From positions 124,001-188,000 of IMG/VR virus record IMGVR_UViG_3300020172_001601: DNA of 64,000 nucleotides; one strand, given 5' to 3'. The position numbers were made by a program, and so were the translations under genes. Below, in pieces: positions 18,217-28,942 of this stretch. A model generated the notes under the pieces. That model did not search any database. It was not told the DNA's origin and saw only the letters and a list, made by a program, of their open reading frames with translations. Position 1 is the stretch's first letter. Each line of letters begins with the position of its first letter.

Positions 18217-19080
18217 ATGGAGTGTAGGCTCATTGATGGCAATGCCATCGCCGCCGATATTCGTAAAGAATTACGGCAGCGGGTGTCTGAATATAAAGCA
18301 ACCACGGGCATCACTCCAACTTTGGTTGCCTTGATGGTCGGGAATAATCCTGCCAGCCAGATTTATGTTCAAAAAAAAATAGCCGCCTGTGATGAGGTTG
18401 GCATATTGGCTTATCGGGTTGAAGCAGAAGAAGATGAGGACGATCTCAGAACTCACATTCGTCGCTTGAATAACGATGACTCTGTTCATGGATATATTCT
18501 TCAACTTCCATTGCCACCGGGATGGAAGCCCGATAGGTATTTTTCTGATTTCAACCCGTACAAAGACGTTGATGTATTCCACCCGGAGAATGTAGGTCTG
18601 CTGGTTCAAGGGCGACCCAGGTTTAGACCTTGCACACCACACGGCATTCAGGTGATGCTTCACAGGAGCGGCATTAAAGTTGCGGGAAAGAAAGTGGTTG
18701 TCATCAATCGCAGCAATGTGGTTGGCAAACCTCTATCCTCAATGCTTATTCAAGAGTGCGAGGATTACGCCAATGCCACGGTCACAGTATGCCACGACCG
18801 CACGCCTCCTGATCTTCTCAAAAGCGTTACTCAAACAGCCGATATTGTAATTGTCGCCGTGGGCAAACCAGGATTTTTGACTCCAGATATGATTCGACCG
18901 GGAGCCGGGGTCGTAGACGTGGGCATCAGCCGAGTGGGGAATAAGGTATTGGGCGATGCTGACCCTGGAATTCGTCAGGTGGCAGGCTGGTTGACTCCTG
19001 TTCCGGGCGGTGTCGGGCCTATGACGGTAGCGATGCTTTTGGAAAATACTTTGGCTGCTGCCCAGCTTCAAGGGCAGTAG
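18217..19080 (+). CDS. folD: methylenetetrahydrofolate dehydrogenase/cyclohydrolase
   Basis: KDVDVFHPEN, PCTPHGI, NRSNVVGKP, VDVGI, TPVPGGVGPMTVAML. Confidence 0.95.
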   Translation: MECRLIDGNAIAADIRKELRQRVSEYKATTGITPTLVALMVGNNPASQIYVQKKIAACDEVGILAYRVEAEEDEDDLRTHIRRLNNDDSVHGYILQLPLPPGWKPDRYFSDFNPYKDVDVFHPENVGLLVQGRPRFRPCTPHGIQVMLHRSGIKVAGKKVVVINRSNVVGKPLSSMLIQECEDYANATVTVCHDRTPPDLLKSVTQTADIVIVAVGKPGFLTPDMIRPGAGVVDVGISRVGNKVLGDADPGIRQVAGWLTPVPGGVGPMTVAMLLENTLAAAQLQGQ

Positions 19081-19082
19081 GC

Positions 19083-19118
19083 TTTACAACCACAACTATC
19101 CGGTGGTATAATCACCAC
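19083..19118 (+). promoter_or_regulatory. sigma70-type promoter
   Basis: TTTACA-18 bp-TATAAT; gtggt/accac arms around the -10 box. Confidence 0.7.
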
Positions 19119-19136
19119 AGAAAAGGAGACTTTGCC

Positions 19137-20144
19137 GTGAACGATATTCGCATTTTTGGCCTGGGATCGAGCGTTGAATACACAGAGCAAGTATGCAGGG
19201 CGTTATCGTTGAAGCGGTCTGACCACAAAGAGACGTGGCAGGACGATGACGAGCCTTACGTTCTCTCCCAAGAGAATGTTCGAGGCTGTGACGTATTCAT
19301 CGTGCAGAGTTTGTACTCCTGTCACAAAGAGCGTCTGGCAGACAAGTTCCTGAAACTTCTGTTATTCGCTCGTTCTCTTCGTGACGCATCGGCCCGGCGT
19401 ATTACGCTTGTGTTGCCGTATTTCGCATTTCAACGTCAGGATCGAAAAACCGAGTCCAGAGCGCCGGTATACACCAAATACATCCCTGAAATTGTCGAGG
19501 GCCTACTTCGTCCCGATGACCGCATTTTGACCATTGATGCTCACAACCTGAGCGCATATCAGTCGGGTTTCCGGTTGATGCTCGATCACCTTGAGGCCAA
19601 GCCAGTTGTCTGTGACTGGTTCAGCAATACTGCTGCCCGTTTTTGGCCTGAAGTCGATCTCGATAATCTTTGTTTTGCTTCACCCGATGAAGGTGGCGTT
19701 AAGCGTGTTGGCTTCTATCGAAAACGTGTTCAGTCTCAGATGAAGATCGAGATCAGCACGGCATCGGTCTACAAAACCCATGAGGGAAAGCAGATCGAGG
19801 CGCACGGCGTGATGGGTAATGTCCAGGGTAAAGACGTGTTCTTGATTGACGACATGATCTCGTCTGGAACCACGTTGGTAAAAGCAACCGATGCCATTGA
19901 GAAGGAAGGCGGCAAGGTTCGAGCCGCTATTGCTACGCACGGTTTATTCGTCGGTAACGCCAATGAGCGTATAGGGTTACTGCAAGAGCGTGGCATCAAG
20001 GTTATCGTCACCGATACTGTCCACACCAATAAGTTGGACCCAAAGTTGCAGAAGTCGCTGGTGGTTATTCCAACCGCTCCACTAATCGGTGAAGCGATTC
20101 GGTGTATTCACAACGAAGAGTCTGTCAGCAAATTACTTTCCTGA
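19137..20144 (+). CDS. prs: ribose-phosphate pyrophosphokinase
   Basis: ENVRGCDVFIVQS, PYFAFQRQDRK, SPDEGGVKR, LIDDMISSGTTL, THGLF. Confidence 0.95.
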   Translation: MNDIRIFGLGSSVEYTEQVCRALSLKRSDHKETWQDDDEPYVLSQENVRGCDVFIVQSLYSCHKERLADKFLKLLLFARSLRDASARRITLVLPYFAFQRQDRKTESRAPVYTKYIPEIVEGLLRPDDRILTIDAHNLSAYQSGFRLMLDHLEAKPVVCDWFSNTAARFWPEVDLDNLCFASPDEGGVKRVGFYRKRVQSQMKIEISTASVYKTHEGKQIEAHGVMGNVQGKDVFLIDDMISSGTTLVKATDAIEKEGGKVRAAIATHGLFVGNANERIGLLQERGIKVIVTDTVHTNKLDPKLQKSLVVIPTAPLIGEAIRCIHNEESVSKLLS

Positions 20145-20193
20145 AAAAATGGTTGTCAAGACCAATCCACCCAAGTATAATCGGAGGCGTACA

Positions 20194-20781
20194 GTGGCTC
20201 TCAAGATTTGTCCTGCCTGTCAAAAGCAAGTTGGACCCAGGACAAAAAAATGTGATTGTGGACATGAGTTCGCAGAAACCACGGCAGCAGTCCCAGCAAG
20301 TGGACAGTCGATGACGCTTGATCCTTTGGACAAGCGCATCGCTGAGTCTGTTGGCAATGTCCGTGACATTATTTCCAGAGTTGAGAATCGTCCTGCCTCA
20401 GCAGTTCCAACAACTACTACGGTCAGTGATGTAGACCAATCGCCTCGGCGCACAACTATAGCGCAACAGCCTGTTCGACCACAGCGGTTTTATAGTGGGG
20501 GCGGCAAGATCGTCACACCAGCCGGTGAATGTCCAGTTAAACCCCAAGGATATAAGGACAAATGGCCTGACGGCCCAGCCTCAGATGAGGTTGTCCAGAA
20601 TTGGGCTATAGACGTGTACAACTACGGCGAGGGTAGATACGCAATTGATGCAGTGATCTACTTCGCTCGTTATTTTTGGGACATTAACGGGCAAGAATAT
20701 CGCAGGATTCGTGAACTGATTGTGAAGACGTTACAGCCTTCACGTCCATCCGATCACGAATCCGGTGATGAAATTGCTTAG
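20194..20781 (+). CDS. hypothetical protein with N-terminal zinc ribbon
   Basis: GGAGG SD before GTG; CPAC..CDCG. Confidence 0.7.
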   Translation: MALKICPACQKQVGPRTKKCDCGHEFAETTAAVPASGQSMTLDPLDKRIAESVGNVRDIISRVENRPASAVPTTTTVSDVDQSPRRTTIAQQPVRPQRFYSGGGKIVTPAGECPVKPQGYKDKWPDGPASDEVVQNWAIDVYNYGEGRYAIDAVIYFARYFWDINGQEYRRIRELIVKTLQPSRPSDHESGDEIA

Positions 20782-21002
20782 GCACTCTCAGCGGACAACT
20801 GTTCAACCGGAGAGCGAAGCGTTTCCACTTCAACACCCTCGGCTGTTAGTTCAGACCGCAATACAGTGATTTCCTTGTCGGCTTCGATGCCAATACGGAC
20901 CTTATTGCGGTTATCAATACGGACGACAGTAATTTTAATGTCTTCCATATTTGGACCCTTGAGAATGATAGTTTCGTCTTTCTTACGACTTAGTACGAGC
21001 AT
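20778..21002 (-). CDS. csrA: second, divergent CsrA paralogue
   Basis: MLVLSRKKDETII..IKITVVRI..KVRIGIEADKEITVLRSEL. Confidence 0.85.
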   Translation of the reverse strand: MLVLSRKKDETIILKGPNMEDIKITVVRIDNRNKVRIGIEADKEITVLRSELTAEGVEVETLRSPVEQLSAESA

Positions 21003-21242
21003 GGTTATTCCTTTCTTAGCTTGTTTGCTTGCGTGCTGTACGCTGTATCCACTATTAAGTGAGTGCGGGTGCAGTTTTTCTGTCAAAGGGTGAGAAATTT
21101 TGTCTGCGGTATCTTTACACTCAGGATATTTGACGTAATATCTGTGTAGAGGGACGAGTTTTCGGTATACGATAGTCAGCGTGATGCACCAGTCCCAGCA
21201 CACGCCACCGACAAGAACCTGGGACTGTTTGGGAGAAATCCG

Positions 21243-21746
21243 ATGGCGCAAGTTACGAAGTACGACGATCAACTGGAAAGCAAGCTGAAAGAAGCCGAAT
21301 TGCTCCAAGAGCAAATTGGCCTGTTGCAGCGTGTTCGAGAAATCGAACTGGAAATCACTGGTGGTGTGGTTGCAGTCGCTACCACGGCTCCGACCGTGAA
21401 GACGACTGCTCCGGTACAAGCCGCTGTTCAGGCCACACCGACAGGTGAAGTGAAGCGTCGTGGTCGCCCCAAGGGAACGACCAACGCAGCTAAGGCCGCA
21501 GGCGTTGCAACCGATGACGGCAAGTCGGTCGATCTTCCGACTCTGTTGGAAACGATTGCCCAACAGGTCAATCGTCCTCTGCTTCTGGCAGATTTCGTTA
21601 CGCTGGCTCGTGAAGCTGGCTATACGACAAAGGCCAAGGACTTCAGCAACATGGTCTACCAGTCTGTGCTGAAGCTGGTCAAGAAGGGGCTGTTCAAGAA
21701 GAACGAAGAGACTCGTGCTTACGAGTACGTCGGCAAAGCAGCCTAA
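21243..21746 (+). CDS. putative DNA-binding protein (AT-hook-like motif and C-terminal winged helix)
   Basis: KRRGRPKG; C-terminal helix-helix-FKKNEETRAYEY. Confidence 0.55.
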   Translation: MAQVTKYDDQLESKLKEAELLQEQIGLLQRVREIELEITGGVVAVATTAPTVKTTAPVQAAVQATPTGEVKRRGRPKGTTNAAKAAGVATDDGKSVDLPTLLETIAQQVNRPLLLADFVTLAREAGYTTKAKDFSNMVYQSVLKLVKKGLFKKNEETRAYEYVGKAA

Positions 21747-21855
21747 CCGACAACGAAAATGATGAAAGAAGGTCCGTGTGTTGCGGGCCTTTGATTTTGG
21801 AGTTTGGCTTTACAACCCTACTGAAACAGGGTAACATTCTCAAGGAGAAGTTTCG

Positions 21856-22248
21856 ATGGCTACGACTGAACAACCGAAGGTCAACAAGACCGCTTTCGTT
21901 CGCAATGTCCTGAAGGAGATTGGTGCAATCACCACCACTCCACCGGAAGGCTGGCGGCAGAAGGTCGAGGAGGCGCTGGCACAACAGAAGTTGTCCATGC
22001 ACCAAGTCACCATCTACCAGATTCGTCAGAATCTAATCAAGGAAGCGGCTGGCGCTCCCGCCAAGGGAAAGTCCAAGGGTCGCCCAAAGGCCCAGGCTGC
22101 TGCCCCGAAGACTGCTCCGGCTCCTGTCAATGGCAATGCCAATCTGACTGTTGCCGATCTGCAAGCAGTGCAGGAATTCGCCAAGAAGTTCGGTGGACTG
22201 GACGGGCTTACCGATGCCGTCAGCGCCATCAAGTCCTTCAAGAGCTAA
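21856..22248 (+). CDS. putative small basic DNA-binding protein
   Basis: NKTAFVRNVL, Lys/Ala/Pro linker with KGRPK. Confidence 0.5.
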   Translation: MATTEQPKVNKTAFVRNVLKEIGAITTTPPEGWRQKVEEALAQQKLSMHQVTIYQIRQNLIKEAAGAPAKGKSKGRPKAQAAAPKTAPAPVNGNANLTVADLQAVQEFAKKFGGLDGLTDAVSAIKSFKS

Positions 22249-22335
22249 TTGCAAGTTGGCATGGCATGGGAAAACACTAAACGGGTATCCGAGATTCTTT
22301 ATCGGATGCCCGTTTAGCTTTTATGGAGAAGCAAC

Positions 22336-22980
22336 ATGGAAAGTCCATTTTTGTTGCATAAGCTGTTTCAGCCTAAGCACATAGATTCACTTGCTGAGGA
22401 ACTAGGATCAGATGATCCTATTTTCAAGAAGCACAAGTTGATGGAGTCAGAGTTTAGTGATCTCGTTGATGTAATGCGACAGGATAAGTGGTTGCCACTT
22501 CCTGCCGTCAATACACTGATGACGTTGCTTTGGCGTATTGTTGGCAATAAGGTTGCTCCTGTTGCCATGAACCCCAATGTTCCCACACTCAGTTTTTGGT
22601 GCGAGATTCAGCGAAAAGTTGGCGTCAGTAGCAGTCTTGCCGTAATCATGATTCCAGATAACTGGCATGATATGTTGGTGGAAGACGCCCATATGCAAAT
22701 GGGCGCAATGGTGTTTGCTGCCTCTCAAGCCAAGGACTATTGGAACCACAAGTTCGGGTTCTCGTCCAAAAAAGACATACATGATCGGGCGTGGTCGTCT
22801 GAAGCAGAATTACTTCATTATTTTGCTCGCACCGCTCCTGACTTCAAAGCCAACGACTATCAGAAGAAGATCATGGAACAATATCCAAAGGGTATTGCGT
22901 CCGTAGATGCTCATTATGTTGGTCGTGAATACGATGGTGTTTTCCCGCCGTTTCCAGTTGATGTCAACTCATTCCGATAG
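22336..22980 (+). CDS. hypothetical protein
   Basis: GGAG SD, 214 aa. Confidence 0.7.
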   Translation: MESPFLLHKLFQPKHIDSLAEELGSDDPIFKKHKLMESEFSDLVDVMRQDKWLPLPAVNTLMTLLWRIVGNKVAPVAMNPNVPTLSFWCEIQRKVGVSSSLAVIMIPDNWHDMLVEDAHMQMGAMVFAASQAKDYWNHKFGFSSKKDIHDRAWSSEAELLHYFARTAPDFKANDYQKKIMEQYPKGIASVDAHYVGREYDGVFPPFPVDVNSFR

Positions 22981-22997
22981 GTAAAATAGGTAAAAAA

Positions 22998-24110
22998 ATG
23001 GCCGTTCGCCGTCCCGAACCGATTTCATGGATTGACGAAATCGTGGCGTATTACGTCTCGGACAAACCAGGGCAAAAGAAGTGGTTCACCAGGAAGATGA
23101 ATCTGTTGCCTGAAGATCAGCAAAAAGAAGTCTGGACCCTACTGCGTGCAAAAGGGTATGCTGCTCCAGATGATGCGCAACCACAAGCGGCAGAAGAGAT
23201 TCGTCCTACACGAAATCTCGTGTCATGGTCCGACGAAGAGTGGGATCAGCTTGCTGTGTTGGTCTGGCGTGCCAGAAAAAATGATCCTTCTGAAACACTC
23301 ATTGGCCTCGTGAAGAAGGTCATGGTGCAATTTCCCGAACATCGTCGCCGCACGATTCGGGTGTTGAATGAAATCAAGCCTTTGGTCGAAAGACTTCAGG
23401 CTTGTGATGCTAAGATTGAAACCGTGTCGGACGACTTGGAGTTTTCCAAGTTGCGTATTGCCGAACTGGAATCACAGCAGCAGAAAATCCCTTCTCGTGA
23501 TGAGATATTGGGGACTCTGACTGACGAGGAAATTCTTCAACATTATGGGGAGCGAGTGTTGAACTTGCATTCCCCTGATGAAATCCTCAAGCAATACAGC
23601 ACGGACGTTCTATTGTCCAATATCCAAACGCCGGATATTGTAGCTTACGCTTTCAAGGCAGGAGTGGAAATGTTCCTTGATTCCCAACGAGAAATGGTGG
23701 GGGCTGTGCGAGAACTAACTGCTACGGTCAAGCAGCAGGCTTCAGCAACCTCGAACAACAGAACCACGACACACGGCACGAAGCCATCAATACCAATGCC
23801 TCGCCCCACACCGAGCAAGTTGCCGAAGGTGACTATTGTGGGATTGTTGGGCAACCAACAAATCAAAGTCGAAGAACGATTGGAGGGCCGAGCCAACTTC
23901 AATTTCGTGGACAAGAATCGTCGAGTGGATGCTATTCCCAGCGGTCAGGATATTGTCCTGTTGGCGGCGAACTTCATTAGTCATGCTCTACATGCAGCAG
24001 CGAAGAAGGCGGTGGATGGAACAACCACAAGGTTGATTATCCATCACGGTGGCGTCGATATGTTGGTCCGCAAGCTGGACTCTCTATTGCCCCAGCCTGT
24101 GTTGGCCTAA
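22998..24110 (+). CDS. hypothetical protein with C-terminal DUF2325-like Rossmannoid domain
   Basis: KVTIVGL..DIVLLAANFISHAL..LIIHHGG. Confidence 0.55.
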   Translation: MAVRRPEPISWIDEIVAYYVSDKPGQKKWFTRKMNLLPEDQQKEVWTLLRAKGYAAPDDAQPQAAEEIRPTRNLVSWSDEEWDQLAVLVWRARKNDPSETLIGLVKKVMVQFPEHRRRTIRVLNEIKPLVERLQACDAKIETVSDDLEFSKLRIAELESQQQKIPSRDEILGTLTDEEILQHYGERVLNLHSPDEILKQYSTDVLLSNIQTPDIVAYAFKAGVEMFLDSQREMVGAVRELTATVKQQASATSNNRTTTHGTKPSIPMPRPTPSKLPKVTIVGLLGNQQIKVEERLEGRANFNFVDKNRRVDAIPSGQDIVLLAANFISHALHAAAKKAVDGTTTRLIIHHGGVDMLVRKLDSLLPQPVLA

Positions 24111-24112
24111 TC

Positions 24113-24152
24113 AAAAACAAACGCCTGGGAGTGATCCCAGGCGTTTTCGTTT
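24113..24152. terminator. bidirectional terminator
   Basis: aaacgcctggga/tcccaggcgttt stem between convergent genes. Confidence 0.8.
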
Positions 24153-24690
24153 ACAGTCCTTTGGTGGACTCCATCAATTGTTTGACATTATCTTTGCAGA
24201 AGCCAAACTCTTGTCGTTCGATAAACTCGTATATCACACCTGTCAATTCTGATGGCTTTGTGAATACTTGAGTTAAGCCGGGACACTTCATGGGTTCCTT
24301 CGACGTGAACTCGGCGTAGCCAGCCGCCTGCCATTGTTTCATTGTGTTCTCGACACTTTCAACTTGGTAGGCGATATGGTGAATGCCGCCGATCCCATTG
24401 CGAGCCGCAACCCAATTTGCGACAATGGACCCAGCCGTGCCATCACTCACGAAGATTTCTGGTGGCATGTGATATTCTTGGGTTTCAGTTCTTGATATGT
24501 CCAGATGGGCATACCATTGAACTCCGCTTTTCTTCTTCTCTGGTGGCTCCAGTGCAATGCACTGCGCCGTCTGACCATCGCCGAAGTCGATGGTGAATTC
24601 TTGCTGGACATGATAGCCCAGGGCATTGATAAAGAAATTCGCTGTTTTCCAGCGATCTGCTACACGATACGCAATATGGTCTAAACGCAT
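24151..24690 (-). CDS. VOC/glyoxalase family protein
   Basis: MRLDHIAYRV, GGIHHIAYQV, YEFIER. Confidence 0.8.
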   Translation of the reverse strand: MRLDHIAYRVADRWKTANFFINALGYHVQQEFTIDFGDGQTAQCIALEPPEKKKSGVQWYAHLDISRTETQEYHMPPEIFVSDGTAGSIVANWVAARNGIGGIHHIAYQVESVENTMKQWQAAGYAEFTSKEPMKCPGLTQVFTKPSELTGVIYEFIERQEFGFCKDNVKQLMESTKGL

Positions 24691-24721
24691 AATGATGTTC
24701 TCCTTACTCGTATAAGAGTAA

Positions 24722-25078
24722 ATGAAAATGAAACTCCCCCACTCTGAATACATTGGACAGGTTGCTGTCTTTTACATTCCTACCATTAAACTGGACATGG
24801 CGTTGCCAGATGGCAAGACCGCACGTCAAATCCTTCATGATTTTTGCGTGGAGAACTACAATGCTTACACACATGAAGTAAGTAAGATTCAAGGATTTTG
24901 GGTAAACAAAAATATTCTGGTCCGTGACGAACATGAACGATTTGAAGTTTCGTTTGAGGGCAAAGAAAAGGTAAAGGATTTTGTTACATTCCTGTCCAAA
25001 GTTTGCGGAGTCATTGAAGAAGATTCGATCTATTTAACAATGGGTTATAAATCATGGTTAGTGGTCCCACATTCATAG
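24722..25078 (+). CDS. hypothetical protein
   Basis: 118 aa ORF. Confidence 0.65.
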   Translation: MKMKLPHSEYIGQVAVFYIPTIKLDMALPDGKTARQILHDFCVENYNAYTHEVSKIQGFWVNKNILVRDEHERFEVSFEGKEKVKDFVTFLSKVCGVIEEDSIYLTMGYKSWLVVPHS

Positions 25079-25821
25079 AAAGGGTCTTTTCCTTTCCCAA
25101 AGAAATAGAGCAAGAATTGTGTGTGGCTCATACATATAAGCCCGTGCCTAAAGACATTTTAATTGTCACTTACAATCAATTTGATTATCTTCGACAATGT
25201 ATACAGTCGATTCGAGATAACACTGAAGATTATCAGATTTATGTGTGGGACAATGGCTCGCAAGAAGATATGCGGTCTTGGCTTGCTTCTCAGTCCGACA
25301 TTATTGTGACTCGAAGTGAAACAAACCTTGGTTTTATCATCCCGAACAATCGCTTAATTGCTCAAGGGGAAAATCCTTTTGTAATCCTTTTGAATGACGA
25401 CACGTTGGTATACCCAGGTTGGGATAAAGCCATGATAGCACACTTGCAAAACAACATAGCGTCTCAAGTTGGATATGTCGGCGGTTGGTTAGACAGCGAT
25501 GCGAAAGGCTCGAAGTTTGGTTGGGGCGGCTCGATGGACTATATCCCAGGTTGGTGTTTTGCTATAAGCCGTGAAACATATCAAGAATTTGGTCTGTTTG
25601 ATGAAACACTGGTCTTTGCGTATTGTGAAGACGCCGATTTCTCCATGAGGTTGACCGAGGCGGGAAAGGCGATTTATGCTTTACATCTTGGACTTGTGCA
25701 TCATTTCGAGAACCAAACGATCAAGAATGCGCTTGATTCCAATGACTGTTGTACCAGTTTTGCAGGCAATCACGCAGTTCTGAAAACACGTTGGGGAGAT
25801 CGCATTTCCAAAAGTCGTTGA
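25054..25821 (+). CDS. glycosyltransferase family 2
   Basis: [37 protein letters not shown]. Confidence 0.85.
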   Translation: MVSGPTFIERVFSFPKEIEQELCVAHTYKPVPKDILIVTYNQFDYLRQCIQSIRDNTEDYQIYVWDNGSQEDMRSWLASQSDIIVTRSETNLGFIIPNNRLIAQGENPFVILLNDDTLVYPGWDKAMIAHLQNNIASQVGYVGGWLDSDAKGSKFGWGGSMDYIPGWCFAISRETYQEFGLFDETLVFAYCEDADFSMRLTEAGKAIYALHLGLVHHFENQTIKNALDSNDCCTSFAGNHAVLKTRWGDRISKSR

Positions 25822-25951
25822 TGCAAAACGACTTGTGGCGAAAATGCTGGAAAAAGTTCGATTTACACGCCGCAATAACTGCGGTAGAATGAGATTAGGA
25901 AATTACAACAGCCACGGTTCTGGCTTTAGATCATTGAGAGGGGAAGAATTT

Positions 25952-27265
25952 ATGGCAAAGAGGACGACGACAAACACTCCGTTGTGTGACTACTGTGGAA
26001 AAACCAGCAAAGAAGCGGGACTTTTGGTGGAAAGCCCTGTCGCCGACCGTGAACAAAACGGTCGCCCGGCAGGGTCACGGGTTTTCATCTGTTCTGCCTG
26101 TGTTGAGCTATGCCAGACGATGGTGAAGCAGAAGAACCAAAAGAAGAGTGCTGGGGCGTCCTTGCCGAAGGAGGTTCCTACCCCACGAGAGATCGTTAGG
26201 TATTTGGACCAATACATCATTGGCCAAGAGCAAGCCAAGCGAACATTGGCGGTGGCTGTGTCGAATCACTATAAGCGTCTACGAGATGATGCTGATCGAC
26301 TGGAAAAGTTTGATCTCAACGATGATCTGGCCGAAACCACCATCGAAAAGAGCAATATTCTTCTGATCGGCCCTACGGGATCAGGCAAGACATTGCTCGC
26401 CAAGACGTTGGCAAAGATTCTTCAGGTGCCGTTTGCCATCGGTGACGCCACGACGTTGACGGAAGCTGGCTACGTCGGAGAAGACGTGGAGAACTTGGTG
26501 TTGAAACTGCTTCGAGAAGCAGATTTTGAGGTCGATGTAGCTCAAACTGGCATCATTTACCTTGATGAAGTGGACAAGATCGGAAAGACGAGCCAGAATG
26601 TCAGCATCACTCGTGATGTATCTGGCGAGGGTGTGCAGCAAGCGTTGCTGAAGATGCTCGAAGGAACGACCTGCAACGTGCCGCCGACTGGTGGGCGCAA
26701 GCACCCGGAGCAGCAATATATTCAGGTCGATACGACCAATATCTTGTTTATTGTTGGAGGCACGTTTGTTGGCCTCGAAGACATTATCAGCAAGCGTATT
26801 GGGCGAAAGTCTATGGGATTTGGCTCTGTCCGTGAAACACAGGAGGCCGAAGCCAAATCAGAATGGATTCTGGAGCATGTGACTGAAGACGACTTGGTTC
26901 ATTTCGGGTTGATTCCTGAACTGATTGGTCGCTTGCCGGTCATCACGCCTCTGAAGGGCCTGGACGAAGATGCTCTGGTTCAAGTGTTGACTGAACCGAA
27001 GGATGCTTTGGTGAAGCAATACAAGAAGCTGTTCCGATATGACAATGTGGGCCTGGAATTTACGCCTGAAGCACTGATGGAAATCGCCAAGACTGCTGCT
27101 AAGAAGGGTACTGGCGCTCGTGGGCTTCGCAGTGTCATCGAGAGCTTCATTACTGAAGTGATGTTTGATCTGCCGGAACATAGCGGTGAAGTCGTCACCA
27201 TTACCGACAAGATTGTTCGTGGAGAAGAAACTGTCGTCTTCCCCCAGAACAATAAGGCGGCATAA
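25952..27265 (+). CDS. clpX: ATP-dependent Clp protease ATP-binding subunit ClpX
   Basis: C4 zinc finger, [48 protein letters not shown]. Confidence 0.95.
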   Translation: MAKRTTTNTPLCDYCGKTSKEAGLLVESPVADREQNGRPAGSRVFICSACVELCQTMVKQKNQKKSAGASLPKEVPTPREIVRYLDQYIIGQEQAKRTLAVAVSNHYKRLRDDADRLEKFDLNDDLAETTIEKSNILLIGPTGSGKTLLAKTLAKILQVPFAIGDATTLTEAGYVGEDVENLVLKLLREADFEVDVAQTGIIYLDEVDKIGKTSQNVSITRDVSGEGVQQALLKMLEGTTCNVPPTGGRKHPEQQYIQVDTTNILFIVGGTFVGLEDIISKRIGRKSMGFGSVRETQEAEAKSEWILEHVTEDDLVHFGLIPELIGRLPVITPLKGLDEDALVQVLTEPKDALVKQYKKLFRYDNVGLEFTPEALMEIAKTAAKKGTGARGLRSVIESFITEVMFDLPEHSGEVVTITDKIVRGEETVVFPQNNKAA

Positions 27266-27329
27266 CACTCATTTAAGTTAGGGGATGGATTGTCCATCCC
27301 CTAATATTGCGGACAGATTAAGGTAACAA

Positions 27330-27980
27330 ATGACAAAGCCATATCTCCGACTGATCGGGGACGTTCACGGCAAGATGGAAGAGTATATTCCGTTGGCAGA
27401 GCAAGCAGAATATACCATCCAGCTTGGCGACTTGGGATTTTCGTATCACGCTCTGGTGAAGTTCTTGGACCCGATTAAGCATCGGGTTCTAGGTGGAAAT
27501 CATGACAACTACGAAGTGTTAGATGGTCGCTTTCACAAGCAGCCACCACACTTCTTGGGCGATTATGGGGTGCATAACATCCCTGGTATCGGTGATTTCT
27601 TTTTCGTCCGAGGCGGTCACAGCATAGACAAAGCACGGCGATCTGACGGCTACGATTGGTGGCCCGGCGAGCAGCTTTCTTATGCTGATGCTGCAAAAGC
27701 ACTAGAAGAATATACCAAGGTTCGACCAGCGTTGATGTTGTCCCATGAATGTCCAACTAGCATCATTGATATGATTGCCGGTTTTAAGACATGGGACGGT
27801 GAGCCAATTCGCCCTAGCATGACAGCCAATGTCCTTGAACAAATGTTTGAGGAACACAAGCCGTTATTGTGGGTGTTTGGGCATCATCATAAGGTCTTTG
27901 ATATGGTAGTCGAAGGCACACGGTTCGTTTGTTTGCCTGAACTGGCTTGTCTCGATTTTGATCGTAAAGAGGCCGAATGA
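27330..27980 (+). CDS. calcineurin-like metallophosphoesterase
   Basis: GDVHG, LGDLG, GNHD, SHECP, FGHHH. Confidence 0.9.
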   Translation: MTKPYLRLIGDVHGKMEEYIPLAEQAEYTIQLGDLGFSYHALVKFLDPIKHRVLGGNHDNYEVLDGRFHKQPPHFLGDYGVHNIPGIGDFFFVRGGHSIDKARRSDGYDWWPGEQLSYADAAKALEEYTKVRPALMLSHECPTSIIDMIAGFKTWDGEPIRPSMTANVLEQMFEEHKPLLWVFGHHHKVFDMVVEGTRFVCLPELACLDFDRKEAE

Positions 27981-28573
27981 GTTACGTTGTAGCAACATAT
28001 ATGAATCTTGATGCCTGGAATAAAACAGGTGTCAATTGGCTACGAAAAGCCAAGTCAGCAGGACTGACTGGCTTTATCGTAGGCGATAATCTACCGACCG
28101 ATGCTGAGTTAAAGGCAAAAGAATTGGGATTCAAAGTGGTCCCGGTGATTGCTAAGTTCGGCGACGAACGTGACCAATATCGAACGGTAGCAGAAACGAT
28201 ACAGAAAGGTCAGCGTTGCCTTTTTGTAAATTCCAATATTACTCCAAAGGGAGGCATATCAGAAGCAAGAGAAATAACATGCAACCGAGACGAGTCTCTT
28301 GAACTGCTCGAAATGGCATCTCTGATTAGGAATTTGCATGACCGGGCTAAAGCGGTTGTGTTGATTCGAGAGAAGGTCGTTGACGTGCATAAAGGCTTGC
28401 TCTCAACAAGTAGTGTTTTAGGAACGTGGGATTTTTGGAATAGCCTTAGCGCATTCCACGATTACCTGCAAGAAAAAAACTATCTTGATCGACGGGCTTC
28501 ATATAACGAATTGGCATTCAATTTATATGTTGCCCTAGCAGAGTCGATCTCTTTGGAGGTCTGTCATGATTAA
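27977..28573 (+). CDS. hypothetical protein
   Basis: ATGA overlap with the previous gene. Confidence 0.65.
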   Translation: MSYVVATYMNLDAWNKTGVNWLRKAKSAGLTGFIVGDNLPTDAELKAKELGFKVVPVIAKFGDERDQYRTVAETIQKGQRCLFVNSNITPKGGISEAREITCNRDESLELLEMASLIRNLHDRAKAVVLIREKVVDVHKGLLSTSSVLGTWDFWNSLSAFHDYLQEKNYLDRRASYNELAFNLYVALAESISLEVCHD

Positions 28574-28811
28574 GGCACCACGGAATATTCCGTATTTTTA
28601 TAACCGTGCATCAGTAGTTCAGTTGAACCGCCTGCGAGAGACTTTTAAGCACTTTGGCGTCAAAAGCCATCATACCCTTGTGGGTGAAAGTCTGCTCAGG
28701 CTTGGTCAATACGTTAAGGAAAGTCCTGTCTGTCAACTGCCAACTGATGCCCCTGGCAAGGCCCTGTTCCGCATGTACAAGTATTACGATTCTCTCGAAT
28801 CCCTCGAATAG
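28566..28811 (+). CDS. hypothetical protein
   Basis: overlapping start, GGAGG SD. Confidence 0.65.
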   Translation: MIKAPRNIPYFYNRASVVQLNRLRETFKHFGVKSHHTLVGESLLRLGQYVKESPVCQLPTDAPGKALFRMYKYYDSLESLE

Positions 28812-28942
28812 ACGTTTTTCAATCCGATATTCTTCTGACCGCCCGGCGAAATACTTTCGTCAGGGCGGTTTTCTTTTGCCATTTCTGGACTTTCCTCGCT
28901 ACTTTAATTTGTACTTCGGTAATAAACCAAGCGAGGAAAAAC

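Noticed and set aside
19137-20144. NARP1 Adps assignment for the Prs homologue
   Set aside because: The sequence looks like a canonical full-length Prs and no adjacent Namat/Nampt gene is present; retained only as part of a looser hypothesis.
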